Shown here: positions 28,711 to 39,100 of the stretch, in pieces | How positions within the stretch are numbered: the first letter of the stretch is position 1 | Layout of the letters: every line of letters begins with the position of its first letter | Assembly (NCBI GenBank): GCA_965243025.1 | Contig: CBDETY010000003.1 | Coordinates: 6,624,001 to 6,688,000 of the forward strand | Source: Candidatus Latescibacterota bacterium | GTDB taxonomy: Bacteria > Latescibacterota > UBA2968 > UBA8231 | Reading direction: 5' to 3' | Length of the DNA stretch: 64,000 bases | Notes under the pieces: model-generated | What the model was told of the DNA's origin: nothing | Seen by the model: only the letters and a program-made list of their open reading frames with translations | Databases searched by the model: none | Program-made: the position numbers and the translations under genes

Positions 28711-31485
28711 ATGAACGAGCTCATGCCGACAATCAGACGCCGGGCAAGCCGCATCGGTTTTGCCTGTCTGCTGGCCGCCCTGGCAGGTCAGCCGCAAACC
28801 GGAGAAGCGCAGCCGGAGTACGGCAACCGCCTGGGTGAGCGGGGACCCACCGGGGTGGTGTTCCGGCCCTACGGCCCCGGAGTGGACACCGGGCTCCTCG
28901 ACCCGATGCTGAGAAAACAGTACCTGCCGCAGGAGATTCGCCACGAGCACCGGTGGCGAACATGGCAGACCACCAACTACGCCGTCGACTCCTTCAAGCG
29001 CTACCTGTCTCCCCGTCTGCAGGGAGAATACCACTACGACAACTTCGGGAACTACCTCACGAGAGGGTGGCTGGTCTACGACTGGACCGAAGACCGCCCG
29101 AGAACCTCCGAAGGCAGCCGCATCCTCAGGACCGACAACTACGCCTCCTTCTTCTCCAACCTGATCATCGCCGCGGACCAGAAGGGGCAGTACTCCTACG
29201 CGGTGACCATCGGCGACGAGATCCGAACGACCTTGACGCCGATGACCTTCCGCAAAGCCGTCTTCAACGGAACCAAACTCGACTTCGCCTCGGACCGGTT
29301 GTCGATCACCGGGCTGATGTCGCGGATAAGCGCCCCCGGCTTCACGACCGACCCGAATCCGGCGGCGCTCAACAACGCCGTCAACATGCAGGCGGGCAGG
29401 GCGGAGTTCAGCATCGGCGACCACGTCATCCTCGGGGGCACTTTCGTGAACGCCCACAGCACGCGAGGAACCCTGGAAAGCTTCAAGGGCAACCCCCTGA
29501 AAGGAGCCCTGTCGACGAGCCAGGTGCAGAACCAGGTCAACACCATAACCATCAGGCTGAGCGACGATTCACCCGGTGATTCGCGGGGAGGGGCGGTGCT
29601 CCTTTTCGACGACATCGAGGTTGCGACCGCCATCGGCGGAGTCGACACCGTGCTTTCGGGCAACAGCATCGGCTTTACTCCCGACAGGGAGGGGGGGACG
29701 CTGAGGGAAGGAGTGCTGGTCGCCGACGGGAGCGAGCAGATCCTGCTGCGTTACGAGCTCGCCAAACTGGGGGAGATCATTAGCGACAGGGACCTCGTCA
29801 AGAACATCACGGCGGTCCGCTCCCGCCTCATCCTGGTCAACGACTACAAGGTCGAGGTAACCTCCGACCGCCAGACCAACCTCGAAGGACAGCCGGTCTT
29901 TCTGACCGTGGCCCAGGCCGAGGGCAACATTCAGGACGGGTCCAACCGGCGCGAGGTCGCTTTCAACTACGGCCTGCCCACGGCCAACCAGATCTTCGGG
30001 TTCACTCTCGAGACGAATGAAATCCTCGGCTTCAGGTTGTTCACCGAGTTCGACGTCAACCACCGGTACCGGCAGTACCCCAACAACCAGCTGCAGAAAC
30101 ACCAGGCGTATTCGGGGATCGAGGGAGACGAGACCGCCTACGCCTGGATGATGAACCTGTCGAAATCGGACTACCCCTGGTATTTCCTCGCTGAAGGCTT
30201 CTACATGGACGAAGACTACAGCACGAGCTCCTACATCCTCGACGGGATCGGCAGGGTCGACTACGAGGACGACACGCGAAGCCTGTACGATTTCGTCGAC
30301 GACAACGACGACGACGACAGGCTGCCGGATCAGAAGCGGCTCTACCAGGATCCCAGGCAGGGACACCAACGGCAGAACCAGAGCCGCTCATCGGCGGGTT
30401 TCGCCGACGACGCCATCTTTCCGGGGTGGGACGAGAACGGGGATTTCGTCTCCGACTTCAACCAGAACAGCAACCGGCTTCAGGAGAACGTCTTTCCCGA
30501 CTACGACGAGCCCTTCCTGCGCTACTCCTCGGACCGTCCCGAGTTCCTGTTCGGCATCGACCTGAACAACAACGGCTGGATCGACCGCTTCGAGAACGAC
30601 GACGCACCGGACTATCCCTACAAACGGAACCAGAAGGGGTACAACCTGTTCCTGCGCCGCTACCTGTCTCCCGAGCTGCGGCTGCAGGGGGGGCGGACGC
30701 GGCAGGAGCTGATATCCGACGACCGCAGGAACCGGACGACTTACGGGATGGTGGCCTACGAGCGGGATTTTGCGGGTGCGGGGAAGTTCCGCTTCTACAA
30801 CCTGCTCAAGAAAGCCGAAGACGACATCCAGGACGATCTGGTCCAGTGGGTGCAGGCTCCGGGGTCGACGGGCTCGCTGACGCCCGTAGCCGACCCCCTG
30901 GCCGCCCTCGACACCTGGATCAACACCGCCTGGCTCGGCCTGGAACGGCGTGCCAACCTGGGAATCAACTTCGCCCACAAGCTCAAATACGAAACCCTGA
31001 GACAAGGTTCGGGCGAGAGCGGGCACAAGAAGAGCACCCGCTTCCTGGGGGTCGTCAACAAGGCGGCGTACCTGATCGACGCCGGCAACCTTCAGATCAG
31101 GCCCCGGTTGAAAAGCGAGCTCCTGAGAGACAATACCCCCTATGCCCTCGGGGGGGAGGAGCGGCAGGAGTGGACCGGCACGCTCGATGTTTCGGTGCGC
31201 TTCCCCTTCCTCAACAAGAGCCAGGTCGAGCTGGGGGTCGAGCAGCTGTTCTTCGAGGAGCTGATCGTCGACGACGAGGAGGTGGAGGAGGGGGAATTCA
31301 CCGGCGATTTCCGCAACACCGTGCTGGCGGCCCAGGTGACCAACATCGGAGAGTACGGGGGCTACCGGTTGATAACCCAGTTCGGCTACAGCCTCAACAG
31401 GAGGAGCTTCGAAAGATCGGACCGGGAGCGGCAGTCCGAGACGGGCGGTCTGTCGTTCGCGACGGTGTACGCCAGTCTGCGGTGA
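28711..31485 (+). CDS. ~924-aa exported protein, putative outer-membrane beta-barrel (paralog B)
   Basis: Shares GNY.TRGWL.YDW, T.GD.IRTTLTP.TF.K, GGT.VNAH, YGLPTANQI.GFT.E and RPEFLFGIDLNNNGWIDRFENDD with paralog A; ends SFATVYASLR. Confidence 0.7.
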   Translation: MNELMPTIRRRASRIGFACLLAALAGQPQTGEAQPEYGNRLGERGPTGVVFRPYGPGVDTGLLDPMLRKQYLPQEIRHEHRWRTWQTTNYAVDSFKRYLSPRLQGEYHYDNFGNYLTRGWLVYDWTEDRPRTSEGSRILRTDNYASFFSNLIIAADQKGQYSYAVTIGDEIRTTLTPMTFRKAVFNGTKLDFASDRLSITGLMSRISAPGFTTDPNPAALNNAVNMQAGRAEFSIGDHVILGGTFVNAHSTRGTLESFKGNPLKGALSTSQVQNQVNTITIRLSDDSPGDSRGGAVLLFDDIEVATAIGGVDTVLSGNSIGFTPDREGGTLREGVLVADGSEQILLRYELAKLGEIISDRDLVKNITAVRSRLILVNDYKVEVTSDRQTNLEGQPVFLTVAQAEGNIQDGSNRREVAFNYGLPTANQIFGFTLETNEILGFRLFTEFDVNHRYRQYPNNQLQKHQAYSGIEGDETAYAWMMNLSKSDYPWYFLAEGFYMDEDYSTSSYILDGIGRVDYEDDTRSLYDFVDDNDDDDRLPDQKRLYQDPRQGHQRQNQSRSSAGFADDAIFPGWDENGDFVSDFNQNSNRLQENVFPDYDEPFLRYSSDRPEFLFGIDLNNNGWIDRFENDDAPDYPYKRNQKGYNLFLRRYLSPELRLQGGRTRQELISDDRRNRTTYGMVAYERDFAGAGKFRFYNLLKKAEDDIQDDLVQWVQAPGSTGSLTPVADPLAALDTWINTAWLGLERRANLGINFAHKLKYETLRQGSGESGHKKSTRFLGVVNKAAYLIDAGNLQIRPRLKSELLRDNTPYALGGEERQEWTGTLDVSVRFPFLNKSQVELGVEQLFFEELIVDDEEVEEGEFTGDFRNTVLAAQVTNIGEYGGYRLITQFGYSLNRRSFERSDRERQSETGGLSFATVYASLR

Positions 31486-31533
31486 TTTCGAAGTCCAGAA
31501 CAGATGATTCGCCGCCGGGAGGCTTGCCCGTTC

Positions 31534-31563
31534 CCCGCATGCGGTGCTATATTCCGATGTCTT
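31534..31563 (+). promoter_or_regulatory. Putative sigma70 promoter (extended -10)
   Basis: TTGCCC-N18-TATATT with TG at the extended -10 position, followed by an AT-rich stretch. Confidence 0.4.
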
Positions 31564-31872
31564 GTAACATCTTATAAATTCTGAATTTGTCCAATGGCGC
31601 CGCTTTCTTCGGCGGCTCCGGCCGCGCCCGTCCCCAAGGGCGTCGAACTTTCCCTCCCGCAACTTCACGGACCCTGGCTCCCCTGCCACGGCTGCGCCGG
31701 CGTTTCGCTCGCCGCGCACCGTGACGTCAGGCGGAAAGGACCCGTCCTGCGGCGGCTATGCGCCTGACGCAGGCAGGTTCTGCCTGCGCACCGGGGGGTC
31801 CGGTGATGAGCGAACCACTGCCCCACCGGTTGGAAAGCGGAATCCGGCAAAAATGCAGCTGAGAGACCGGCC

Positions 31873-33009
31873 ATGATACTGGATATACGCCATTTGCAAT
31901 GGCCCGAAGAGGACGAGGATCAGGCGGACGCCGTCGGAAAGGAAAAAGCCGAACCGCAGGCGCCGGAAGAACCCGATGTCCCCGAGTTAACCGGCAGCCC
32001 GGATCTGGAGGATCTTCTGAGCTCGGCATGCAGCGATGACCCCGATGAGCGGGCGGCTGCAATGGAGCAGTTGCGGGCCCTTCTTCCCAGCAGGGAAGGG
32101 ACCGACTTCCTGGCCGGGATCGTCGAGGACCCGGCCGACCGGCGCCGGCTTGCCGCAGCGGAGTTGCTCGGGTTACACCGCGGTTGGCTGGCTGCCCGGT
32201 CAGGGGTGGAGCGGCTGATCCTGTGGGTCCGCAAGGAAACCGACCCCGAGGTGGGAAGCGCCCTGGTCGGGGCTCTGCGCGGCAGGAGCGAGGCGAGCGG
32301 TTTTCTCCTCCACCCCATCCCGGCCGTTGCCCGTGAGGCGGCGCGGGGATTGCGGGTCGGCAAGGAGACGGCTCCTGCCCTGGTCAAGGCCATCCTGGGC
32401 GGCTGCGACAGCGAGGTCGGGACTGTCCTGATGGAAAAGCTGAGGACGGCACCCGGCTCACTGGCCGCCAGGATCGGGGAACTGGTCGTCGAATGGGTGG
32501 GATCGGCCGGCGATGAGGCGATCTCTCAATTGGTCGCCCGCCTTCCGCAGGTCGAGTTGTTCGAGCATTTCGTCGAAAAACGAGGGTTGCCCGCCTTCGA
32601 TCCCCGGGCCGGCGAAGAGGTGACCGACAGGCAGCGAAGGTGGTATCGACTGGCCAGGATGGTCGAGACGGGAATGCTGGAGGAGCCCTCGGCAGAGCTG
32701 GTGCGCCACCTTGTCGGGCGCTGCGCCGGTGACGACGCCTTTGCCCGCAGACACGCTTCGTTTCTGACCGCGGCGATCGCCAACACCGGGGCGACCTTCG
32801 GCAGCGAGCTGCTCAGGGATCTCGAACGCCTGGCGATCGCGGCGAGCGAGGAGCGCCTGGTGAAAATGGCGGCGATGCTGCTCGAGCTGAAGACCCGGCT
32901 CGACAGGGGGGCGGAACCGGCCGCTGAAGAGCTGCTCGAGGGGTGGAAGGGAAGATCGCCGGCGCTCAAGCTCAAGATCTACCACATGCAGCAGGGTCTC
33001 GACCAGTAG
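31873..33009 (+). CDS. Hypothetical alpha-helical (HEAT-repeat-like) protein
   Basis: Acidic N-terminus; DDPDERAAA, RRLAAAELLG, ETDPEVGSALVGAL, HPIPAVAREAA repeats. Confidence 0.6.
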   Translation: MILDIRHLQWPEEDEDQADAVGKEKAEPQAPEEPDVPELTGSPDLEDLLSSACSDDPDERAAAMEQLRALLPSREGTDFLAGIVEDPADRRRLAAAELLGLHRGWLAARSGVERLILWVRKETDPEVGSALVGALRGRSEASGFLLHPIPAVAREAARGLRVGKETAPALVKAILGGCDSEVGTVLMEKLRTAPGSLAARIGELVVEWVGSAGDEAISQLVARLPQVELFEHFVEKRGLPAFDPRAGEEVTDRQRRWYRLARMVETGMLEEPSAELVRHLVGRCAGDDAFARRHASFLTAAIANTGATFGSELLRDLERLAIAASEERLVKMAAMLLELKTRLDRGAEPAAEELLEGWKGRSPALKLKIYHMQQGLDQ

Positions 33010-33105
33010 CGACCGGGCCAGCTCCGGCCCGGTTTCCCCAGCGGTCGAAGCGGCCTGAACCACCCTCGGCGGCTCCGGAGAAGTGCATCCCGGGCCGTTT
33101 CCGAT

Positions 33106-34173
33106 TTACGAGTGCGCCCTCTTCAACAGAGCCAGGCCCATGAGTCCGAAGAGGAGATTGGCCGCCCAGGCACCCTGCCAGGGAGAGATGATCTCGTTCC
33201 AGCCGAGGGCCTGTCCCGCCTTTACGCAGGTGTAGAGCAGGAAACAGATCAGGACTCCGAGCCCGAAGCTGGCCGCGCGCCCGGAGCGCCGGGTGTTGGC
33301 CGCCAGCGGCGCCGTGACCAGGACGATTGCGAAGCAGGCGAAGGGAAAGGCGATTTTCAGGTGCAGGTCGACGAGGTGCCGGGTGGCGTCCTCGCCGTTG
33401 GCGCGGGCGCGGTCGACGTAGGATCGCAGCTCCGCGAAGTTCATCTCCTCCGGCTTTTTCTGCTGGCGTGAAAAATCGCCCGGCTCGAGGGTCAGGGTGG
33501 AAAGGGTCAGAGTGTCGAAGGAGCTGACCTCGAAGCGGTCGCCGGCCAGGGCGTAGCGGGTGCCGGCGACCGCCACCCAGCCCTTCTCCTTCCATTCAAT
33601 CCGCTTGGCGGTGGCGCGCTCGACGGTTCGGTCGGCGGGACGCCTCTCCCAAAGTACCTGCTGGGCCCGTTGCCGGGTGTGGTCGTACGAACGGGCGAAC
33701 ACCAGCTGACCGCCGACGTCCTGAAGCAGCACCTGCCGCCGGGACCCGTCGCTGCGGCTGTACGAACGGATGTCGTCCCGGGTCGTGTTGTAGCGGAACG
33801 TCGCCGGAGGAACGACGTACTCCGTGAAAAGCATGGCGCCGAGGCTGAACAGCAAGGCGCAGGCAAGCACCGGAACCAGGATGCGTTGGAGACTGACCCC
33901 GGCCGCCTTCATCGCCGCGATCTCACCGCGGTGCGCAAACCCCGTCAGGGAGAACAGGGTGGCGAGCATTCCCGCCGCCGGAAGAATCAGCACGATCCAG
34001 TAGGGGCTCCGGTAAAGGTAGTATCTCAGGATCTGGCCCGGCCGGGCGGCGTGGTCGATGAAGGTGTCGATGCTCTCGATCAGGTCGACGATTGCGGCGA
34101 TCACCCACAGGGCGACGACGCTGATGGCGAGCCAGAGGGCGAAACGCCGCAGGATGTAGCAATCGAGAATCAC
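33106..34173 (-). CDS. lptG: LptF/LptG family LPS export permease (LptG-like)
   Basis: ILDCYILRRF, GEIAAMKAAGVSLQRI, PEEMNFAELR, KIAFPFACF, GAWAANLLF; GTG start overlaps the upstream stop (GTGA). Confidence 0.85.
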   Translation of the reverse strand: MILDCYILRRFALWLAISVVALWVIAAIVDLIESIDTFIDHAARPGQILRYYLYRSPYWIVLILPAAGMLATLFSLTGFAHRGEIAAMKAAGVSLQRILVPVLACALLFSLGAMLFTEYVVPPATFRYNTTRDDIRSYSRSDGSRRQVLLQDVGGQLVFARSYDHTRQRAQQVLWERRPADRTVERATAKRIEWKEKGWVAVAGTRYALAGDRFEVSSFDTLTLSTLTLEPGDFSRQQKKPEEMNFAELRSYVDRARANGEDATRHLVDLHLKIAFPFACFAIVLVTAPLAANTRRSGRAASFGLGVLICFLLYTCVKAGQALGWNEIISPWQGAWAANLLFGLMGLALLKRAHS

Positions 34174-35552
34174 CGCGCGCGGGCTCCCGGGCGGTAATAG
34201 GCCAGGGCAGTCAGCAGCCTCTGGCCGAGGCGGCCGCCGGTCGGCTGATCGAGGGCGACAACCCTCAGCAGCAGGACTCCGAGGCCCCCGAAGCAGAGAT
34301 TGGGGGCCCACATCGCCAGCGCGGGGGGAACGTAGCCGCGGTCCGCCAGGCCCTCCCCCCCGATCAGGAACATCCAGTACACGAAGAAGAAGACCAGACT
34401 GAGGACGACGGCTGTCGCCGCCCCCCGGGTGCGCACGAGGGCGCCCGCCGGCGCCCCGACGAGCACGAATACGATGCATGCCGCGGCGATCGAGAACTTC
34501 TTGTGAATCTCCACGAGATAGGCGTTGGCGCGGCGCTCGCGGTTCTGGTTGAGGCGCCTCTTCCTGTGCAGCTGTTTGGCGATTTCCTCGGCTCGCGCCT
34601 GGAGGGGGGAATCGGACAGCCCCTGTCCGGCTCCGGCCTCGTCCGCGGCCCTGGTCGCAGCCTGGCGGGCTGTCACCGTGTCGAGGAAGGCGTGCACCGT
34701 CGAATCCATCGCCGCTGCTTCCCGGGCCTGCTCGTCACGATAATCCGCGACTTCGGCCATCATCGCACCGATATCCATCTCGCGGTCGCTGCGATAGGAG
34801 GAAGACGGGAAGTTCTGCACCTTGCGGTCGCGGTCGGTTATGTGAATCACCTGGCGCTCGAAGCGGCCCTCGACGAACTGCCCGGGATCGTCGGCATCGA
34901 TGCGGTGGAATTCGCCGTCGAGCAGGGTCAGGCGCATGTACCCGCCGTCGTCGAAGATCCGCACCTCGGCGGCCTCGGCGTGCAGTGTCTGCGGGGGGCC
35001 GCTGCGGCCGCCGTCGACGAGGGTCACTCCGTACAGCCGGTTCGCCTCCTCGTCGACGCGGCGGATCAGCAGGCTGTAGCCGCCCAGATCGCGGATGAAT
35101 ATCCCTTCCTTCTGCTTGAGAACGAGGGCGGCCTTGCGCCGCTTGAGATCGGCCTGGATGCTGCGGGCCTTGTGGTTCCAGTCAGGGAGAACGCGGTCGT
35201 TGAACAGAACCATAAGAGCGGTCAGAACCGCGGCGGCGGCGAGGACCGGCTTCATCACCTGAGGCAGACTGATGCCGCTAGATTTCATGGCGAGGATTTC
35301 GCTGTCGGCGGAGAGTCTGCCGAACGCCATCAGCACCGCCACGAGCACCGCCATCGGCACGGCGAGGGCGACTATCCAGCCGAGGTTGTAGAAGAACAGC
35401 TGACCCGCAGCGGAAAACGACAATCCCCGGCTCAGCACCCGGTCCATCATCTGCAGCACCACGTCGATGACCAGCACGAACACGATCAGCGAACAGGCGA
35501 ACAGAAACGGGCCCAGATGCTGTGCGAGGACGTAGCGTGAAAGTGGATTCAA
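34170..35552 (-). CDS. lptF: LptF/LptG family LPS export permease (LptF-like)
   Basis: LSRYVL, ALAVPMAVLVAVLMAFGRLSADSEILAMKSSGIS, VEIHKKFSIAAACIVFVLVGAP, AMWAPN; TTG start. Confidence 0.88.
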   Translation of the reverse strand: MNPLSRYVLAQHLGPFLFACSLIVFVLVIDVVLQMMDRVLSRGLSFSAAGQLFFYNLGWIVALAVPMAVLVAVLMAFGRLSADSEILAMKSSGISLPQVMKPVLAAAAVLTALMVLFNDRVLPDWNHKARSIQADLKRRKAALVLKQKEGIFIRDLGGYSLLIRRVDEEANRLYGVTLVDGGRSGPPQTLHAEAAEVRIFDDGGYMRLTLLDGEFHRIDADDPGQFVEGRFERQVIHITDRDRKVQNFPSSSYRSDREMDIGAMMAEVADYRDEQAREAAAMDSTVHAFLDTVTARQAATRAADEAGAGQGLSDSPLQARAEEIAKQLHRKRRLNQNRERRANAYLVEIHKKFSIAAACIVFVLVGAPAGALVRTRGAATAVVLSLVFFFVYWMFLIGGEGLADRGYVPPALAMWAPNLCFGGLGVLLLRVVALDQPTGGRLGQRLLTALAYYRPGARAR

Positions 35553-36195
35553 GGGGAACCGCCAGACTTTCGGCGCGTGTATCTTAAGGGACAGGCACGT
35601 GTAGCAGCGGAAACGCCGTCTCGTTGTGCATAGGTGCAGCGAAGAAAGGATCCCCCGGACCCGGGATGGTTCCCCCCGACCGTTCGGACTCGGGAAAAAG
35701 CGCCGGTGAATTCCCGAAGCAGGCCGGAGGGCGGGCCCGGACCGCAGCGCCGAATCGGTTTTCCGGCAGCATGGTCTTCGCTTTCTTGAAAGGTCCTCCC
35801 TGCTTGATGAAATCCAAGACTATATTCTATGTTAATTCGAGATTTACCCCACTCCACGGCCCCCGTGGAAGACTTCCCGATGACCGTGTCCCCAACTGAT
35901 CCCACCCACCTCCGGAGTCCGCTTATCGCTTCATAGCGAATGTCTGCAGGATCCCCGCTCAGCGGCTCTCATGCCCTGCAGCGGGGACATGCTCCAGTAC
36001 TTCAGGAGCCTGTCGGGCGATCCGTTCGGCGGGTCCGGGCCCCGGCGGCCTCACCCGCACACACGGGCGGGTTATGCGGACAAGCCCAGGCTATCACCGG
36101 TTTGTAAAGGGATAGCATACTCAAACCGGAAGGACCATGCGCGACTTTCGCGGTACGATGGTTGCTGTACATCCGTGCCGTGAACGGAATTCGTT

Positions 36196-39100
36196 TTGAT
36201 CGTCAGATCTCGATTCGACGCGAAGCGGGCCCGATTCGGGTTCCTGGGCTTCTTCGCGTGCGCCCTGTGTGCCCAGGCGTCAGCAACCGAAATCGGGTTG
36301 CGTCCCCATCCCCTGGTCGGACCCGTGGCGCAGCTGTACCACCAGCCTCTCGAATACGGCGATATCACTCGCCCGGGCCAGCCCCTGCTGCGCTGGCGCT
36401 GGAAAAGGCCGATGGTGGAATCGGCGATGTCCTTTGCCATGAAAGAGGTCACCGTCGACTCCAACGGGGTCCATTATACCCCGGTGACCGCCGGCTTTCC
36501 AAGCGGCCCCCCGGTGACCCTGAAACTCGGCGACTACCTCGATCTGGGGTACGACCACACCCTGAGAAGCCAGTGGCGGGAGACAGTGCGTCGCGACCAG
36601 AAGGTGACCGCCGCCCGCCAGGCCGGGAAGCGGGGCCGCTTCGAGTGGAGGGTTCCATTTCCGGCGCCGGCGCCGGTGCGCCGCTTCATCGGCGACGAGG
36701 GCAGCCTGAGGATCAACGGCAGTCATACCGCCACCCTGGGGGGAAAAAGCCAGTGGACTGCGGGGGAGGTGAGAACCAGGGCGGGAGGGCCGTCGAAGTT
36801 TCCGTCCCTGTCGATGGAGCAGGAATCGAAATTCTCCGTGGAAGGCAGCGTCGGAGAGGCGATCAACATCCGCATCGATCAGGACACGCAGCAGCTCGGC
36901 CAGGGAATTGCCGCCGGCTTCAAGGACAAGCTCGCCAACGAGATCAAGCTCGACTACAAGGGGGACGAGGACGACATCTTCCAGGAGATCGTCGCCGGCA
37001 ACACCACCCTCGCCCTGCCGCAGACCCGCTTCGTGACCTTCAACCAGCAGCACAAGGGTCTGTTCGGAATTCGCGCCAAGGGGCGCCTGGGACCGATGGC
37101 GTTCACGACCATCGCGAGCCATGAGAAAAGCGAGAGCAACCGGCGCACCTTTCGGGGCGGAGCGCAGGTCGACACGTTTTCCGTGAGGGACCACGACTAC
37201 ATCCGGAACAGCTACTTCTTCCTGGGGATGCGCTATCGCGACCGGCTCGGGGACTTTCGCGAGGTGGCTTCCTCCCAGCCGCGGGGCCTCGTCCAGGCCG
37301 ACATCATCGACGAGGCCAGCCTCGAAGTCTACATAAACGACTTCAACACCAACAACGACGCCGAGCTGCTGGCCAAGCAGGGAGTTGCGACCGTCGACGC
37401 CCAGGATGCGCAACTGGCGGCGGCCGGAGGCTCGGACATAGAGTGCTTCGACGCCAGCGGCGGTCCCATCGACCGCACCGGGTGCCGGGAAGAGGGAACC
37501 TGGCACAGGCTCGATCCCGACAACGACTACTCCCTGGTGCGGGAGTTCGGGTTCATAATCCTCAACCGCCCCGTCCAGGATCGCTACGCCCTGGCGGTGA
37601 AGTACCGCACTGTCGGCGGCGAGGAGTTCGGCGCCGGCGGCGACCAGTTGCGGCTCAGGCTGATCAAGGCGCGCAACGCCCGTCCCGACTTCCCGACCTG
37701 GAACCTCGAGTGGAAGAACGTCTACCGCATCGTTCGAGGCTTCTCCCGAGGTCGCCAGTTCGAAAGGGACAAGATCCGCGTCGAAATCCTCGAAGAGGTG
37801 CCGGGGCGCGAACCCTCCCCGTCCCAGGGCAGGAAGTCGCTGCTGCAGATCATGGGCCTCGACACGCACGGTCAGGACGCCGGGACTCCCCCCGACCAGC
37901 TGATCGACGCCGACTACATCGGTCTCGACGAGAGCCGGGGGGTGCTGATCTTTCCCGACCTGACCCCGTTCGCCCCGAGCGACACGCGCTTCGCAGGACT
38001 CGAGAATCCGGTTCCCAAGATCTACGACTCGCACCAGCGCCGGGACCAGGAAGAGGTGAGCCGCTTCCTCATCCAGGTCGTCAACAGCTCCGGCGAGCAG
38101 CGCATCAGCCTGACCCAGGGACGCCTTGCGGGAATCGACACCGAGTCGGTGCAGGTGCGCCTCAACGGCAAGAGGCTGACGCGGGACGTCGATTACACCG
38201 TGTCCTTCACCGGGGACGTAACCTTCCTCGGAGATGTGCAGAACATCGTCTCCGACCCCGGTGCCGAACTGGAAATCAGCTACGAGTCGCAGGACCTGCT
38301 CGGCCTCGGCAGCCAGCAGAAAACCCTGCTGGGCACGCGCGGGGAGTACGAGTTCATGGGCGGGGACGCGACCGTGGGGGGCACGGTCCTGTACAACAAC
38401 GTGCGCAGCGTCGATCCCCGCGTGCGCGTCGGCGCCGAGCCGGCGCGCACGGTGGTCTGGGACCTCGACCTCAAGGCGAAGTTCGACGCTCCGCTGCTGA
38501 CCCGGGCGGTCGACGCCCTGCCGCTGCTGAAGACCGCGGCCAGGTCCGACCTGTCCTTCCACGCCGAGGTGGCCCAGAGCCGTCCCAACCTCAACACCAA
38601 GGGGCGCGGCTACATCGACGACTTCGAGGGCAGCGAACAGCCGGACATCCTCAGCATTTTCCGCAACCGCTGGACACCGGCCAGCCGCCCCCTTGCCTTC
38701 GACGCGGACCACCGCGGCAGGATGATCTGGTACAACCCTTACAACAGGATCGCCCGCACGGAGATCTGGCCGCGGCAGGAGGAGCAGATCGAAGCCAGCC
38801 AGAACAAGACCGACGTGCTGGTCATGGAGCTGACGCCCCTCGAGGAGGGTCCCGAGTCATGGGGCGGCCTGATGTCGACCTGGTCGACGGGGGTGCGCGA
38901 CTTCTCGCAGAGCAAGTTCCTCGAGGTCTGGGTGCGCGGCACCGAGGGGGTGCTTCACATCGACCTGGGATCGATCGACGAGGACTGGATCGAGAACGGC
39001 GTTATCGACACCGAGGACATCCCGTACGCCGGAAGCAGAACCGGGGACAACGTGGTCTCGCCGGAAGAGGACGTCGGCATCGACCGCCGCGACGACGCGG

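Noticed and set aside
31725-31760. TCAGGCGGAAAGGA resembling the SRP RNA domain IV loop
   Set aside because: Lacks the conserved CAGG-x-CCGGAAGG-x-AGCAGC arrangement.
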